This document shows positions 26,237-37,805 of a DNA stretch of 64,000 bases, one piece after another; the first letter of the stretch is position 1; every line of letters starts with the position of its first letter. Origin of the DNA: Stegostoma tigrinum (taxonomy: Eukaryota). The notes below the pieces were generated by a model. It was not told where the DNA came from. It worked only from the letters and a program-made list of their open reading frames with translations, and did not search any database. The position numbers and the translations under genes are program-made. The stretch spans positions 310,001 to 374,000 of the forward strand of contig NW_026728611.1 of NCBI RefSeq assembly GCF_030684315.1, in the 5' to 3' direction.

Positions 26237-28399
26237 AGCTTTTGTGCTCCTGAGATGCTGTTTGGCCTGCTGTTTTCATCCAGCCTCACATTTTATTATC
26301 TCTGTTCTAAAGGGTTATGCCTTCACACAGAGGCTCTCGCCTAGCCTCTCCTACCAAGAGAAACATCTTCTCCACTTCCACTCTCTCCACACCCCTCCGT
26401 ATTCTATCAGTTTGGATGCATTTGTGCGTCTTCCATCGAAACCTCATCAAATACAGCCCCAGAACCCTTAACTAACTGTGCTTCAGATTGTTTGCCATTC
26501 AGAAAATAGTCGGCAGGATTCCACCCTACATCAGCGGTAACCCTAAAGAGTTTCAAATCCATCGCCTTAATCACTTGGCCATAAATATGTGATTGCACTC
26601 GCATGGTCTCTCGCACTGTATTTTTTTTATTGAATATCGCTGTTGTGAGGATGCAGATGAATCTGTCACCTGATTCCGGGACAAAAATCGATCCCATTTG
26701 TGAAATGTTTCATGACCTGAAGTCTACTGCCTCACATTTTCCTCTCTTTGTGATAATTAAACAGGTTTGTTGTTTCTAAACATGGGCCTCTTGCATACTC
26801 AGTGAATCAAAATGAAAATGGAGCAGATAACGACAAAACAAGCTCACTGCCTGGTTGAGGGGATCCTGCAGTTTTCAAACTTCCTCAAATGGAACAAGAA
26901 ATAATTGCAAGTGTGTTTGTGTCATTCACACAATGGGACACTTATTGTGTGAAACCAGCTGAGCTGCAGATTCCAGTTGGTAGGATTCAAACAACACGTG
27001 AGCGAACCCATTGCATTACCAACCCATTACTTAACCACTCAGCCACGATTGTGTCAAAGTTTACAGCTCACAGTCGCCTCTTGCATTGGATTTCATCTGC
27101 AAATATCGCTGAATAGGGTTGATGGATGGAAATCCCAAGCAAATCTGTCGAGAAAATCCTTACCATTCCGGTATTATTGCATGGCCTTTCTGATTTCTCT
27201 GTTACTTTTTCCTCTCTATTGGGAAATAATCAACTTTGTTGTTTCAAAGCATGGTCATCTTGCATTCTCCATGAACATGGGAAACATTGAATGTGGAGAA
27301 ATATTGCACTGAGTAATGTACTAGTGAAGTCCCAGCAACGTTCAACATTGTGGCCATTCATTCTTTTAAGTATATTTCAGGAGAAATTGGTGGATTTTTG
27401 CCTGGATAATTTGTAGCCATGAACATTGAACAGAGAAGGCAAAAGAAACTAACTCAGAGACAACAAGAAGTGCAGACACCGGAGTCAGAGATTCTATGGA
27501 GCTGGAGGAACACAGCAGGCCAGGCAGCATCAGAGAAGCAGAAACTGACCACTTAGTTTCAGGGTTCCTGCCAATTGTGCATGCACCTATGCTTGTGATG
27601 CATTTGCTAAGCACATTTGGCTTTTAATCAGAAGACCGAGTGTTTTGGGCAGTGCCAGGGACAAAACTAGGGTTTCCTATTGCCCAGCCAGCATTCTCTG
27701 GTTCTTGCTGTGCAAATTTACAATGTGTGAAGACGCCGACAAATATTTCCAGCTAAACTGCCAATGTTCCAACTTCACAACGTTCACTGATATTGTAATG
27801 GTGCTCTCAATCTCTTCTGATTTTTATCCCCCTCTCCTTCTAATGTAATCATCAGCACCTTCCTCAGAAATAACCCTGTACCTTACCATACCCACAGACA
27901 ACTGACCTTCCGTTGCAGTACTTGTACCTGGTATCCACAAGGTTATATCCATGGTGTGTCATATTTCTCATCAACATGCTTCCACTGATGGAATAATCGA
28001 AAAGTGCTGTTAATTTTCACACACCCACTGACAACAACCAGATCTAGCTCAACACCCTCCCTATCCACTCCAACATTTCAGGAATATCCTCCATTTTAAA
28101 CTTTACAAATCCATGCCATCGTATTTGATTGCTGCTGAAAGTTCCATTCCCCAATTTCCAAGTTCTTTCCTATCCTGGTAACTGTCTAAAGCTGAAGAAT
28201 GACACATGGCAAGTGATTAAAATGGAGAAACGTCGTACAGTGCTGTCTGATCCAACAGTAGCCTGCACAGCTACTGCCTTTGCTGTCCTGTTTTGTGTAT
28301 CGTTGGATATCGGAGCTTGTTCTGAGAAAAATAAGGAAACAACCAAATTCACATCTAACCTTGGAGAAACCTATGGGTGGGAACTCACAACAGGAGAGC

Positions 28400-31300
28400 A
28401 GCAAAATGGCCTTTGAAAATGTAACTTTTAGTTTCTTTTTGTAAATCTACAGTAGTGAGTAGAGTTTTATCTTATAATATGTTGTTATTGAGATCTGCCT
28501 CTTGGTTTTAATTTTTTAAAATTTAACAAAGTTATAAGCTATCCTGGAGCAGTGTTTTTAGAGCATTAAGTCTGTTCTTTTCTGGGTCTGTCGATTGTTG
28601 AGATGCAAAGATGGCCTTTAGTAGAGTGATGTGCTCTTTATGTTGAATGTGGGAGTTTAGGGAGAGTTTCCATGTTATAGATGACTATGCCCAACGTAAG
28701 TGTGTTAGGCTGCAAATCCGAAAGATTTGCATGGATTGGTTGGAGTGGCAGTTAGAGGCAAGTAGAAATTTACACAAGCAAGGGGAAAGGATGGATGTCA
28801 GTTGCAGGGAGAGAGATAAACTGGAATGCAGTCAGGTATTCGTTGACCTCCAGGAAAGGGAGATGGAGTCAGGTATTGCAGGAGTCTCCTGTGGCTATCC
28901 CCATCTCAAACAAGTGCGCTGTGTTGAAAAATGTGGGGAGTGGTGGATTCTCTGGAGAATGCAGCACTGACAACCAGTTTCCTGGTCCAGAGACTGTCTC
29001 TAAGGTGACACCAGTTCCAGGCCATTGATTATGAGAGGGGACTTTCTAGCCAGAGGTACAGACAGGTGTTTCTGCAGCTGACAGCGAGACATCAGAATGA
29101 TGTATTGCCTCCCTGGAGCCAGAATCAAAGAAATCTCAGAGAGAGTATGAAATATGCTCAAAGGCGAGAGAGATCAGCAGGTGGTCATTGTACACATTGG
29201 AAATAATGACATAGGAAGAGAACAGATGAGATTATGAGGAGACAACATAGGAAGTTAAGCAAGAATTTAAAAATTAGCTCATCAAGGATAGAAATATTTG
29301 GATTACTCACAGGGCCACAAGCTAGTGGGGGTAGGAACATGAGGCTAGAGCAGATGAATGCATGGTTGAGGAGCTTGTGCAGAGGAGAAGAATCCACATT
29401 TTTGGATCGCTGAAATATCTTCTGGGGTAGGAACCACCTGTACAAGAAGGACGGATTGGATATGAATTGGAAGGGAGCAAATATACTGGCAGGGAGTTTT
29501 GCTAGAGATGCTCGGGAAGATTTAAACTGGAGGGGTAGGGGAGGGGATGTTTTGTGAACCAGGGAGACCGTGAAGAAAGAGATCAGTCTGAGACTGGTTA
29601 GGTTGGGAAAAATTGTAAGTCAAACGGACAGGGCAGACAGGAACCAAGTAGAGAACTGCATTTATTTCAATGAAAAATCCCCAGCAGGCAAGGCCGATGA
29701 CCTTGGAACATGGCTCAGAATGCGAGACTGGGATAGCAGAGAGACATGGCTCGGGAATAGACAGGACTGGCAGCTTCATGGTTCAGGAATAGATGTTATA
29801 GTAAAGATCAAAAGAAGATGTTTGGACAAGAGAGGATGGGGAGTTGCACTTTTGAAGAAGGGTGACATTGCAGCTATATTTATCCAAAGAAGCCCAGGGA
29901 TGTTATTTGGCTGGAATTGAGAAATAAGAAAGGTTTGATCACATTACTGCAAGTGGAAATCGATAAACAAATATTAAAAAACATCTCAGCTATCTGTAAG
30001 AATAATAGGTGGTTATGGAAGGGGGTTTTAAATTTCCAAACATGGACTAGGACTACCATAGTGTTCAGGTCTTAGATGCAGAGGAATTGGTTGAGCAGGT
30101 ACAAGAAAATGTTCTAATTCAGTGTGTGGATGTACCTTCTGGAAAAGACGAAAAACTTGACCTGCTCTTAGGAAATAAAGCAGGGCAGGTGCCTGAAGCA
30201 TCAGTAGAAGAACACTTTGGGGCCAGTGACTATACTTCAATGAGTTATAAAGTAGTTATGGACAGGGATAGACCGGATCTAATAGTTAAAGTTCTGAATT
30301 GGAGGAAGGCCAATTTTGGTAGACTTAGGCAAGAACTTTCAAAAATTGATGGGGGGTGGTGGTGGGAGCAGGTGGAGGGTACAGTTATACCAAGGTAAAT
30401 GGAGACATGGAAAATGTGAAGTGTTCAAAAATGAGAGCTCAGACACAGTATGTTCCTGTTATTGCGAAGGACAAGGCAGGTTGATACAGGAAATGCTGGA
30501 TGATAAGAGAAATTCAGCTTCTGATCAAGAAGACGAAAGCATATGTGAGGTATAGGCAGCATAATAGAGTGATTTTCTAGAAGAGTGTAATGGCAGCAGG
30601 AGTGCACTTAAGAGGGAATGCAGGAGGGCAAAAAGGGGACATGAGTTTGCTTTGTCAAACAGTGTGTGGAGAATCCAAAGAGTTTCCACAAATACATTAA
30701 GGGGGAAAAGGAAGAGTAACTGGGGAGAGAACAGGGCCCCATAAGCATAAGCCATGCCACCTATGTGTGGAACTGCAGGAGGCAGGTGAGATGTTACACA
30801 AGTATCTCAGATCAGTGTTTACTGGGGAGAAGGATATAGAAGATAGAGAACACATGGAAATAAATTAAAATCTTGTAAGATGCCACTGTTACGGAGGAAG
30901 AAATGCAGCATATCTCCAAATGTATAAAGTTGGGTAAATCCCCAAGACCTATCGAGAGTATGCTAGAACTCTGTGGGAAACTAAGGAAGTGACTGCTTTG
31001 CCCCTTGCTGAGATATCTGTATCATCGATAGGCACAGGAAAGGTGCTGGGCAGCTGAAGATTGGCTACCTGGTTCCGCTTTTTGAGAAACCTGGTAAGGA
31101 AAAGGGGGGCTCTTGACCAGTGAGCCTGACATCAGTGGTGGGCAAGTTGTTGGAGGGGATTCTCAGGGGCAGGATTCACATGTATTGAGAAAGGCAATGG
31201 ATTGGGGAGAGTCAACATGACTTTATGCCTGAGAAATCATTGTTTGAGTTTTTTTTACCAAAGAGGCCTGATGAGGGCAGAATGGTGGGCATGATCAATA

Positions 31301-31439
31301 TGGACTACAGTTAAGACATTTGACAAGGTTCCTCATGGTAGACTGGCTAGAAAGGTTAGATCACACACAAATAAAGGGAGAACTGGCTATATGGATACCG
31401 AGTTGGCTCAAAGGTAGAAGATGGAGGATGGAGTTGAGA
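28400..31439 (+). mobile_element. Long 5' portion of a degenerate CR1 LINE (ORF1 with SGNH esterase-like domain, APE endonuclease, start of RT)
   Basis: MWEFRESFHVIDDYAQRKCVRLQ (ORF1 N-terminus); CLPGARIK and VIVHIGNND-like esterase blocks; CIYFN, ETWL, GWGVALL, LDLLLGN and EHFGASD (APE); a PVSLTSVVGKLLEG-like motif. Interrupted by an LTR at 31440. Confidence 0.85.
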
Positions 31440-32115
31440 TGTTTTTGGGATAACATCCCGTTGATTTCTATATTTCTATAAATTCATGTCCTTTATCTGC
31501 CTGCACATCGGGATGTAGACACTGCCTTAAGCTTCCTGCCTGAATACAATTCAAGTTAAACTGTGCAAATCTTTATATTCCTGCACGGGGGCATGTGGAA
31601 ACTGTCTCTTAAGATTAAGTGAGGAGCATTTGTAAAGGTGTGAGGCTTCTGAAGTATGAAACTTCTGTCTCTGACAAAGGGGCCAAGGCACTGACTTTTT
31701 TTCAAGCCATACACTTCAGCCACTTGAAATTACATTCTGCTACTTCGGCAACTTGAAATCGCCTCCTGTCATTAGCAGTCACTTCGTGAATGATCGATGC
31801 TATATCCTGCTCTCTTTATGTGTTCGAAGTAGTAATTGTTTTGTATGATGTCTTTGTCATGATTGTTTCATGTATCATGCCATTGTGAGATGTAAAATTG
31901 CTTTATGCATTACACACTTGACAAAGTATAAAAAGCGGGACTGACCGCTGCCCAGGGTGAATGGCTTGCGAGACTCTGTACGCTGTGCTGGGTTAAGTAC
32001 AGTGATTTTCCACAGCTTGTACTTGCTTGGTAATAAAAGTTTTGTGTTTCTCTAAACAGGTCTGTGTCTCGTCGTTGCATCAAGTCCGTGAGTGTCTCCG
32101 AAAATGAACATAACA
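31440..32115 (+). mobile_element. ERV/LTR-element 5' LTR (676 bp)
   Basis: TGTT...AACA termini, TATAAAA at 31927 and AATAAA at 32032. A PBS follows 2 nt later. Confidence 0.85.
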
Positions 32116-32117
32116 TT

Positions 32118-32135
32118 TGGTGCCGTGACCAGGAT
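32118..32135 (+). promoter_or_regulatory. Primer-binding site, tRNA-His type, followed by retroviral leader to about 32519
   Basis: TGGTGCCGTGACCAGGAT matches the complement of the vertebrate tRNA-His 3' end (TGGTGCCGTGACTCGGAT) at 16/18. The leader carries splice-donor-like AG|GTAAG near 32220 and 32362. Confidence 0.8.
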
Positions 32136-32519
32136 TGCAACACGTACAGCAGTCTCATGTGGAGGGCTGAATAAGGGATCGATCGAGTGTCAGTGGAGTG
32201 AGACAGACAGGCCCGCAAGGTAAGATTCACCTTGGTCTCTCTCACTAGCCTGCCACCCGTGCGACCCCTCATCCCTGTGTGGCTCTGTACTGACGGAACC
32301 CCAAGACGACTCACGGTCTTGAACACTGCTAAATCTTAATGCCTGGAGGTTCAAGACTCCAGGTAAGTAAAGAAATCCGGGAGGTTCGAGTCCCTAGAAC
32401 AGGTAAATGGGAAAATAAAATCCGGGAGGTTAGAGTCCCGCAGTGGCCAGGGCAAGAGTCCCTAGGTCAGATAACTGGGAAGAGGGAGGGGATTAGTATA
32501 AGATTGGGAAGGTATAATA

Positions 32520-32978
32520 GGTTCTGGATGTGAGTTTGCTCGCTGAGCTGGAAGTAGTTTTCAGACGTTTCGTCACCATTCTAGGTAACACCATCAGTGA
32601 GCCTCCGACGAAGCGTTGGTGTTATGTCCCGCTTTCTATTTATCTGGTTAGGTTTCCTTTGGTTGGTGATGTCATTTCCTGTTCTTTTTCTCAGGGGATG
32701 GTAGATTGGCTCCAAATCAATGTGTTTGTTGATGGAGTTCCGGTTGGAATGCCATGCTTCGAGGAATTCTCGTGCATGTCTCTGTTTGGCTTGTCCTAGG
32801 ATGGATGTGTTGTCCCAGTCAAAGTGGTGTCCTTCCTTATCTGTATGTACGGATACGAGTGACAGTGGGTCATGTCGTTTTGTGGCTAGTTGGTGTTCAT
32901 GTATCCTGGTGGCTAGCTTTCTGCCAGTTTGTCCAATGTAGTGTTTGTCACAGTTCTTGCAAGGTATTTTGTAGATGA
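32520..32978 (-). mobile_element. PLE (Poseidon-like) 3' fragment with open GIY-YIG domain
   Basis: The minus strand reads IIYKIPCKNCDKHYIGQTGRKLATRIHEHQLATKRHDPLSLVSVHTDKEGHHFDWDNTSILGQAKQRHAREFLEAWHS, followed by a hammerhead-bearing tail. Confidence 0.9.
32561..32600 (-). ncRNA. Minimal hammerhead ribozyme motif (Poseidon-like PLE; A9G variant)
   Basis: UCA-CUGAUGG-U-GUUACC-UAGAAU-GGUGAC-GAAA-C-GUC-UGA: 6-bp stem II and 3-bp stem I. Confidence 0.65.
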
Positions 32979-33226
32979 TCTACCCCTCCCTACCCCCACC
33001 TATACTCTCCTCTCCACCTATCTTTTTTTCTCTCCATCTTCGGTCTGCCTCCCCCTCTCTCCCTATTTATTCCAGAACCCTTACCCCATCCCCCTCTCTG
33101 ATGAAGGGTCTAGGCCCGAAACGTCAGCTTTTGTGCTCCTGAGATGCTGCTTGGCCTGCTGTGTTCATCCAGCCTCACATTTTATTATCTTGGATTCTCC
33201 AGCATCTGCAGTTCCCATTATCACTC
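32979..33226 (+). mobile_element. Neptune-like PLE 3' tail with intact hammerhead motif (33098-33125)
   Basis: Near-identical to the reverse complement of 25090-25310. Contains CTGATGAAGGGTCTAGGCCCGAAACGTC. Confidence 0.9.
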
Positions 33227-33544
33227 ATGGTGTTTTAAACTCTGGTTACCACGCCTCAGGCAATGGGGAGGGTTAAGATGGTGGGACCCTCATGGTCACC
33301 TTAGCTAGTAGAGGAATTGATCATGTGTTGCTGGCATCACACTATATCACAAACCAGCCATCCACCCAACTAAGCTAACACACCCTGACCAATGCACAAT
33401 GCACCATTGAGGATAGTCTGTCCTCCCTTTGTGTACTCAATATATAGATGTAGAAAACCATCAGGAATTTATCATATATAGTCTTGTTACTGATTTGATT
33501 TGCTCAATTTTTGTGCAGATTGAAGTCATCCACAATAATCCTCA

Positions 33545-34255
33545 GAACACAAGGTATGGGAGCAGAGTTAGGCTATTTGGCCCAGAAGACTGTTCAACCA
33601 TTTGATTGTGACTGATATGTTTCTCAACCTCTTTCTCCTAACTTCTGGAACCATTGATCCCATTACCAATCAAGAACCTAATCACCTGTGTCATAAATAC
33701 ATTCAAAGGCTTGGCCTCCACATTCCTCTATGGCAATGAGTTTCACAAAATCATCGCCCTCTGACTGAAGAAATTCCTCCTCATCTCAGTTCTAAAGGGT
33801 CATCCCTTCACATTGAGGCGGTGCCCTCAGGTTCTCGCCTCTCCTATTAGTTGAAACATCTTCTCCATGTCCATCTATCCAGGTCTCTCATTATTCTGTA
33901 AGTTTCCGTCACAGCCATAGAGTCTGACAACTTGAAAGCAGACCCTCGGCCCAACTAATCCATACCGACCATGTTCTGAAACTAAAGTAGTCCCATCTGG
34001 CTGCACATGGCCCATATCTTTCCGAACATTTCTTATTTATGTACTTATCCAAATGGCTTTCAAACGTTGTCACTGTGCCTGTATCCGCGACTTGTTTTGG
34101 AAGTTCATTTCACATACCAACCATGGTGTGCAAAAAGGTAGCCCACTTTGCTGGAAAGTGACTCCTCTCACCTTAAAAATATGCCCCTTTGTCTTGTTAT
34201 CTCCCACCCTGAGGAAACAACAACTGCCATTCACTTTCCGTATGCCCCTCAAGGA
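33545..34255 (-). mobile_element. CR1 3' end fragments
   Basis: FLRVGDNKTKGHIFKVRG-type C-terminus and CR1 tails. Confidence 0.6.
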
Positions 34256-34394
34256 CAGGTCTTAAACATTTACTGGGAAGGCCCTGGGTTGTGTTGAACC
34301 CAGATACCTGCGTGCCCTAGATGGTGCCATAAGTGGCCACTTGTAAACGGTTCATTGTACTTATGTAAGTGCATGTGACTCCATGATTTCTGAA

Positions 34395-34850
34395 TTCTCT
34401 ACAATCCTCTACAACCTCCTTGTTATACCTCTAAGGTATGTTTGGGCCCTTGGATATTGGGGGAGGGAGGTGGTAAATGGACAGGTGTTGCACCTTCGTC
34501 AGTTACGGGGGAAGGTGCCAGAGGGCTGTGGGGAGGTGTTGGGGGTGAAGGAAGTGTGGAACAGGGTGTCCCGGAGGGAATGGTCTCTGCGGAAAGCGGA
34601 CCAGAGAGGGAAGGGGCATATGTGTCTGGTGGTGGAATCTTGCTGTAGGTGGAGGAAATAGCGTCTGATGATCTTCTAGATGTGAATGCTGATCGGATGG
34701 TAGGTAAGGATAAGGTGAACCCTATCACGGTTGTGGGAGGGAAGAGATGGGGTGAGGCTGGAATTGCGGGAGATGGGTCGGACCTGGTTGAGGGTCCCAT
34801 TGACAACGGAGCTGTGGACTCCTCGGTTGAGGAAGAAGGCCATATTTATG
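34395..34850 (-). mobile_element. Neptune-like PLE internal fragment
   Basis: MAFFLNRGVHSSVVNGTLNQVRPISRNSSLTPSLPSHNRDRVHLILTYHP (RT thumb/linker). Similar to 36700-37100. Confidence 0.7.
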
Positions 34851-35374
34851 GTCACTGCCTTCACCTCTCATCAAATCTCCCTCGTTATACATCACTAAAT
34901 CCAGAACTGTCTGTTCCTTTCTGAATTCAACCATTAGCTGCTCCAAAACAATCTCATTGACGTTCCATAAATTCCTTGTATTGAAATCAGCTGCCAATTA
35001 CATGACTACTTGGAGGCTTGTACACACGTTCCATCAGTATTTCAGCCTTTCCATGTGCCTATTTTTCATAGATATTTATTAGATATTTAGTTCCCAGCCC
35101 TGATCTCCTGGCAACCACATGTGTGTTTGTCTTGCATCTCCAATCTGCCCACTTAACTGATGCGTGTCCTTTCCGTACTAATACTTGGGCATATTTTCAT
35201 TTTCTGGATCCTCACTAATGCCTTTTACCTCGTCCTAAAATGTTGTATTCATGTCTCAGTAAACTATTCTCGTTCAGTTTGAACTCGATCCAATTCAGCC
35301 CGTGAACTTTTTGTGCATTTTCTCTGCCCCCAAAGGGTTTTACCTGTTTAAAGCCACAAAAGAAAAGTTGCAAA

Positions 35375-37805
35375 AAAAAAACCAAATTACTGCGAATGCT
35401 GGAATTCTGAAACAAAAATAAACAAAGAGACAAAGCTGGTGACACTCAGCAGGTCTAGCATTATCTGTGGTGCCGTCTGAGAACAGTCAACGTTTCTACC
35501 TGACTTTTGTTGCACACAGCTCCAGTTTTGTTCTCAATTCCGCTGCCTCTCTCACCAAATCCAACCTATCTCCCGCTGAACTGACTGCACTCCGTGCACT
35601 CAGATCCAACCCTGGCTTTGTCTTTGAGCCGACTGACAAGGGAGATGTTGTTACAGTCTGGTGTAGTGACCTCTACCATGCAGAGGCTGAGCGCTAACTC
35701 TCCGATACCTCCTCCTACCTTCCTCTGGACCATGTGCCGCCATGGTACATCACACCATTGTATCCACTACTGTTAGTGATCACATTTCATCCATTGATAT
35801 CCCCCCCCCCAACCCCGCCTCCCCCATCAACCCGCCCCGCTTCCAAGCTAATAGTCTCCCCCAACCCTGCACAGCTCGTTTCTACCTCCTCCCAAAAATC
35901 CACAAACAGGTCTGCCCAGGCTTACCCATTGTTACAACCTACCCATGGCCCGCAGAACTCATCTCTTCCTACCTCAACTCAGTCTTCTTTCCCCTGTCCA
36001 ATCTCTACCTACATACATCCATGATTCATCTGACGCCTTGTGCCAATTTCAAAACTTCCAGTTTACCAGCTCCAACCGCCTCCTCTTTACTATGGATGTG
36101 CAATCCTTTTACACATGCATTCCCTACCACGAGGGTTTTAGGGCTCCATGCGTCTTCCCGGAGCAAAGACCTGAGCCATCCCCACCCACCACCAGCCTCC
36201 TCTGTTTGTCTGAGCTTGTCCTCACCATCAACAACTTCTCTTTGAACTCCTCTCATTTTCTTCCGGTCAGAGGGGTTACCATGTGTACCCGGATGGGCCC
36301 GGGTTATGCGTGTGGCTTCATGGGGTACGTGGAACATTCCTCGTTCCAGTCCTATTCCAACCCCACCCATAACTCTTTCTCTGATACATCGATGAGATCA
36401 TCGGTGCTGCTTCCCTCTCTCATTTGGAATTGGAAAAATTGATTAATTTCCCCTTCAATTTCCACTCTGCCCTCACTTTCACCTGGTCTATCTCTGACTC
36501 CTTCCTTCCCTCCCTCAACATTTCTGTTTCCATTTCTGCGATAGACAGGCCACTAATATCCATTACAAACCCACTGACTACCACAGCAACCTGGACTATA
36601 CATCCTCACATCCCACCTCCTGTAAAGACTCCATCCCATTCTCTCTGTTCCTCCAACTCCTTCACATATGTTTAGATGAAACCAAAATCAACAAGGTTGC
36701 CTCCAACATTTCCACATTTTTCTCAACTGAGGATGCCCCAGCAATGTTATCAACAGGGCCCTCAATTGGATCCACCCCATTTCCTGCACTTACACCCACA
36801 ACCTTTCTCTTCCCTCCAGCAAAAGCGATAGAGTTCCCCTTGTTCTTACCTACTGTCCCACCAGCATCCACATCCAGAAGATTATCAAGTGCCATATCTG
36901 CCACCTCCAACAAGATGCCACCACCAGGTGGTGTATACCTCTCCCTCCCTTGGCTGCCTTCTTCAAGCACTGTTCCCTCTGGGACTTCCTGTTCCACACT
37001 GCCTTCACCCCATCAACCTCCACAGCCTAACGGCACCTTCCCCTGCTACCTATAAAGGTCTAACTCCTGCTCATTTACCTCCAACCTTCCCAGCATCCAT
37101 GGGCCCAATTATACCTTCCAATGAAGCAACATTTCACCTGCATTTCCCAGAATCTCGTCCACTGCATTCTCTGCTCACAATGTGGTCTCCTCTACACTGG
37201 GGAAGTGAAGTGCAGACTGGGTGACTGCTTCACAGATCATCTACGTTCAGCTTGCAAAAGAAACCCTGAAGTACCTGTTGCTTCCCACTTTAACATACCA
37301 TCCTGTTCCCTGGCCAACATGTCTGTCTCTGACTTACTGCAGTCTTCGAGTGAAGCCCCACACAAGCTGGAAGAAAATCACCTCATTTTTATACATGGGG
37401 ACCCTGCAGACATCCAGACTCAATATCGAGTTCAAATGTTTTAGGACCTGAACTCTCCCGTGTTCCAGCCCCAAACCCCACACACAAGGACTTGTTACGA
37501 CATAGCCTGTCTTTGCACTCTGCCTGTTCTTGGTCACTAATAGTTCCTATTAACAACTAATCACGCTCGCAGCCTAATCATGTTCACTGCTTTGTCTGTC
37601 CAACTTCTATTTTCTCTTTCTTTAGGCTCTATCCTATCATTTATTCCCTATTCCTTCCCCTCCCCTTTCTTCTGCATATAAACTTACATTTTCCCAGCCT
37701 CCGTCAGTTCTGAGGGACGGTGACCAGGCCAGAAAAGTTAACGGCTTTCTCCTTCACAGATGCTGCCAGACCTGCTGAGCTTTTCCAGCAACTTTGTTTT
37801 TGTAA
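35375..37805 (+). mobile_element. Near-full-length degenerate PLE (Neptune-like): RT + GIY-YIG with an inverted 5' tail
   Basis: RT motifs: PTDKGDVVTVW, RFYLLPKIHK, LFTMDVQSFYTCIP, LVLTINNFSLN...GVTMCTRMGPGYA, YIDE. Endonuclease: KQHFTC...VHCILCSQCGLLYTGEVKCRLGDCFTDHLRS. Frameshifted. Decayed hammerhead near 37710-37739. 35375-35470 is an inverted copy of the 3' tail. Confidence 0.9.

Larger units (their letters stand above)
25090..26300. mobile_element. Young PLE (Neptune-like) insertion with an inverted tail (25090-25618 minus; 25619-26300 plus)
   Basis: The plus part encodes a GIY-YIG C-terminus, LGDRFAEHLRSVRNKQLHLPVANHF...RLQEQQLIFRLGTLQPNGLNVDFTSF. The arms form an inverted repeat of about 490 bp. 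It is flanked by an 18-bp duplicated target (25072-25089 and 26298-26315, 16/18 identical). Confidence 0.92.
18480..26470 (+). repeat. Segmental duplication, copy B (18480-24360 matches 8150-15650; 24360-25089 plus 26298-26470 matches 780-1650)
   Basis: Same anchors as copy A. In addition, 24362 aatgtatcaatagatttac...aaattccaaagagttc matches 780 aatgtatcaaaagatttac...aaattccaaagagttc and continues colinearly. Confidence 0.85.

Noticed and set aside
32345-32445. tRNA genes suggested by GGTTCGAGTCC motifs (also in SINE heads)
   Set aside because: No cloverleaf or A-box context; the motifs belong to the ERV leader or to tRNA-derived SINEs.
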